The notes below the pieces were generated by a model. It did no database searches and was not told the origin of the DNA. It saw only the letters and a list, made by a program, of their open reading frames with translations. From the NCBI GenBank assembly GCA_965660855.1, contig CBFIBM010000004.1:44698-108697 (forward strand): 64,000 nt of DNA. The letters run 5' to 3'. Source of the DNA: an uncultured bacterium (GTDB lineage Bacteria > Fidelibacterota > Marinisomatia > Marinisomatales > UBA1611). The position numbers and the translations under genes were made by a program. Shown one piece after another: positions 61,643-64,000 of this stretch; the stretch's first letter is position 1; each line of letters begins with the position of its first letter.

Positions 61643-62881
61643 TTAAATAAAGCTTTTAATTGTTTTCATCTGAAGTTGAAGACTAAAGGGACCCTTATTA
61701 TTAATTATGTTAATAAATTTCTCAAAATAAATTTCTTCTCCTAAATTTCTATTTTTTAATCCTTGAATTGCCAACTCTGATGCCCAGGTAATAAAATGCT
61801 GGAATGATTTATTTGCAGGGCCTTTCTGAGAAGAATTTAAAACATGAGCAGCATCATTTAATTTAATCCGATCTTCTTTAGTCCATTGATTAATTTCATT
61901 TAATATAATATTTTTTGTTTTGTAATCTGTTAATATTCCAGTCCAGAACGCAACAGGGGCTAATTCATAGCCAAAAGGGGTTCTATCTGCTCCTCTCACT
62001 TCTAATACATGTTTTAATCTTACATTTGTGAATATTTGTTGTAGATAAAACTTAATTATGTTGGAATCTAGTTTTTGATTTGAGTTAACTATCTCTAATT
62101 CTTCTCCAATAGTACCATTAGAATTTTCAATACCACCATGTTCATTAATACTAAAAAGTGAAGGGACTTTTAAAACATAAGAAATATAATCATTTATCAG
62201 ATTTTTTGAATGGTATATACCATGATTAAATAAATTAGTACATCGATCTTTATCTGTATCCTCCCATATTATATTTCTCAGGTTTTTAGTTCCTACCGGA
62301 TTACCCAATTTGAATGGACTATTTGAAAAAATATATGATGCAATAGGGTGAAGAGCGTCTGAAATAAAAGCCATTTCCTCGAAATCACGTTCACTTGTAA
62401 TGTCAAAATTTATTTGGATACTTGCAGTATTTCGCATCATCCAAATTCCTAATTTCCCTGTAGATTTAAATCTCTCATCCATTAACCGGTACTTATTACT
62501 GTCAATTAAATCTATTATTTCAGGTCTAAATATAGGTTCAGTTGATAAGCTGACGATCTTTAGGTTATAGCGATTAACTAACTCTGATAAAACAGACTTG
62601 TGGAAAAGTAAAGATTTATTAAGTTGGTTTAAATCTTTTAATGGTGGACTAGACCACTCTAGTTGTCCTCCTGGCTCTAGCGTATATTGCCCATTATTAA
62701 TAGTTTTTTTATTTATAATTTCTAATAGTTCTACTGCAGAAAACTCAGACCCTTTATTAACCGGGATTCGATGTCCCTCAGAGTTGTAAATTATAAATTC
62801 TTCTTCAATTCCTATTTTCCTTTCTTTTGGAGTTGCTATGTTTGAAAGAAGAAATCTTTTAATCTCTTTTTGAATTTGCAT
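61643..62881 (-). CDS. Glutamate-cysteine ligase (GCS2 family; GshA or EgtA-like)
   Basis: IGIEEE, TLEPGGQLEWS, MMRNTASIQINFD, FSNSPF, R..IW, F..VRLK..LEVRGAD. Confidence 0.88.
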   Translation of the reverse strand: MQIQKEIKRFLLSNIATPKERKIGIEEEFIIYNSEGHRIPVNKGSEFSAVELLEIINKKTINNGQYTLEPGGQLEWSSPPLKDLNQLNKSLLFHKSVLSELVNRYNLKIVSLSTEPIFRPEIIDLIDSNKYRLMDERFKSTGKLGIWMMRNTASIQINFDITSERDFEEMAFISDALHPIASYIFSNSPFKLGNPVGTKNLRNIIWEDTDKDRCTNLFNHGIYHSKNLINDYISYVLKVPSLFSINEHGGIENSNGTIGEELEIVNSNQKLDSNIIKFYLQQIFTNVRLKHVLEVRGADRTPFGYELAPVAFWTGILTDYKTKNIILNEINQWTKEDRIKLNDAAHVLNSSQKGPANKSFQHFITWASELAIQGLKNRNLGEEIYFEKFINIINNKGPFSLQLQMKTIKSFI

Positions 62882-62902
62882 GGAAGTTTTTTTAATAAGG
62901 TT

Positions 62903-64000
62903 TTAACCAATTCCCCATGTTATGAATCCAAATAAAAGTAAAATCATCGGTATTCCAATATTCATACCTCCTGAAATTTCTTCCCATTTTTTAGGTGTAT
63001 TCCCCATCTGATTAAACCTTAATTCAACCGTTTCCATTTTACCACTTTCAATGTAAACAGTTGTTGCTCCATATAACTTGTTATTTTCTATAATTGGATC
63101 ATACCCGACATATTGCAACCCTTTCCTCGCAATTAATTGCGTATATACAGGAGAAAAACCACTAACCTGATGCCATCCTGGCTCTACTTCAATTGGTCTC
63201 GACAATGGTGTTTCTCCAACATAGTTCCCGTCAATATAAATCGGTATTCCATCAATATTTGCTTTTACATTTATTCCACTATTGTTATAATACATAAAAC
63301 CAGGATCCATTTGCCTTAGTGATAATTGTTCAGGTTCTTCAATTCCAACGCGGTCCTTCCAATGATATCTTTCGTTATCGTTAGATGAATAATTTAATGA
63401 TTCTCTTTCAGTCTGTAAAAAATTTGGTACTTCCTTTTCTCTTTTAAATTCCCAATTTAAAGATTCTTTGGCTGAATCAGTCTGGGAAGGGAAAAAACTC
63501 AACCAAGTGTTTTGGTCCTTTTTTTCTTCAAATGGTCTTTCCACTTCTTTTTTAATAGCTTTATTAGAAAACCTATTGTTTTTAAAACGCGTTTTGAATC
63601 GATTATCTAAAACGTCTGGGTCAGTAAATTCTGGTTTTTGGGGCATTGAAAGCAAGAGATTTGAACTATCTTTTTTATTATATATAAAATTATTTTTATT
63701 TGAAGGAACATATTTTTGTTGGAGGTTTGTAACATCATATTCGTCCGAAATAAATGAATCGTCTTTAAACCAAGCTTGTATCACATTAGTATCTGGCATT
63801 TGTGTGGGAGATTCTACATATGGTAAACTTTGAGTAGTGTCTAAATTAATATTTTCTGTGAAGCGAGGTATATACTGCTTTTGAAGTCTTGTTGGGTCAT
63901 ATTTATCCGGAATAAATGAATCATCTTTAAACCAAGCTTGTATCACATTAGTATCTGGCATTTGTGTGGGAGATTCTACATATGGTAAACTTTGAGTAGT
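62903..64000 (-). CDS. PEGA-domain protein with 54-aa repeats and C-terminal TM, 5'-truncated by the window edge
   Basis: Frame is open to base 64000 (TTQSLPYVESPTQM...); PEGA-like GINVKANIDG.PIYIDG.YVGETPL...VEPGWH.V; hydrophobic C-terminus. Confidence 0.8.
   Translation of the reverse strand, partial: TTQSLPYVESPTQMPDTNVIQAWFKDDSFIPDKYDPTRLQKQYIPRFTENINLDTTQSLPYVESPTQMPDTNVIQAWFKDDSFISDEYDVTNLQQKYVPSNKNNFIYNKKDSSNLLLSMPQKPEFTDPDVLDNRFKTRFKNNRFSNKAIKKEVERPFEEKKDQNTWLSFFPSQTDSAKESLNWEFKREKEVPNFLQTERESLNYSSNDNERYHWKDRVGIEEPEQLSLRQMDPGFMYYNNSGINVKANIDGIPIYIDGNYVGETPLSRPIEVEPGWHQVSGFSPVYTQLIARKGLQYVGYDPIIENNKLYGATTVYIESGKMETVELRFNQMGNTPKKWEEISGGMNIGIPMILLLFGFITWGIG
63749..64000. repeat. Intragenic tandem repeat with a 162-bp period
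   Basis: 63749-63838 and 63911-64000 are identical over 90 nt except one synonymous change (63761 G vs 63923 A); the match runs off the window edge. Confidence 0.95.

Noticed and set aside
1815..63833. Many 60-170 aa ORFs antisense or out of frame within long genes (e.g. 7837-8337, 15746-16105, 47563-47904, 63468-63833)
   Set aside because: They are shadow ORFs of well-conserved genes, with no motifs or RBS.
63749..64000. CRISPR array interpretation of the repeat
   Set aside because: The period is 162 bp, in frame within a CDS, with no short repeat/unique spacer structure and no cas genes.

Overview
AT-rich, tightly packed core-genome window from a Gram-negative bacterium. The gene order (uppS-bamA-skp-lpxD-lpxC-fabZ-lpxA, exbB-exbD-exbD-tonB, three-subunit sdhCAB, PorV/PorQ-like barrel) points to the FCB superphylum, most plausibly a marine Marinimicrobia-like lineage; this placement is an inference. 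A 32-kb minus-strand run carries uvrA, ruvB, queA, ispDFE, tRNA-Gln, prs, rplY, pth, a membrane pyrophosphatase, rpsF/rpsR/rplI, priA, a lipase, mutY, ferredoxin, mrp and the bam/lpx/dxr/rseP genes. I saw no CRISPR array, IS element, prophage or rRNA. Best leads: (1) a plus-strand cluster gnnA-like / ICMT(LmtA)-like methyltransferase / lpxB / DUF374(LpxJ-like) / lpxK that predicts an unusual modified lipid A; (2) a two-gene FG-GAP + seven cadherin/Ig-domain surface system preceded by a coupled 14-aa uORF; (3) a PEGA protein with a near-perfect 162-bp tandem repeat, whose C-terminal anchor resembles that of the adhesin; (4) an Mrp/ApbC protein lacking its CxxC motif; (5) an in-frame TGA at the conserved Trp of YqgE; (6) apparent enrichment of D-[ST]-hydrophobic O-glycosylation sequons in exported proteins. 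All calls come from motif recognition by eye; no database searches were run.
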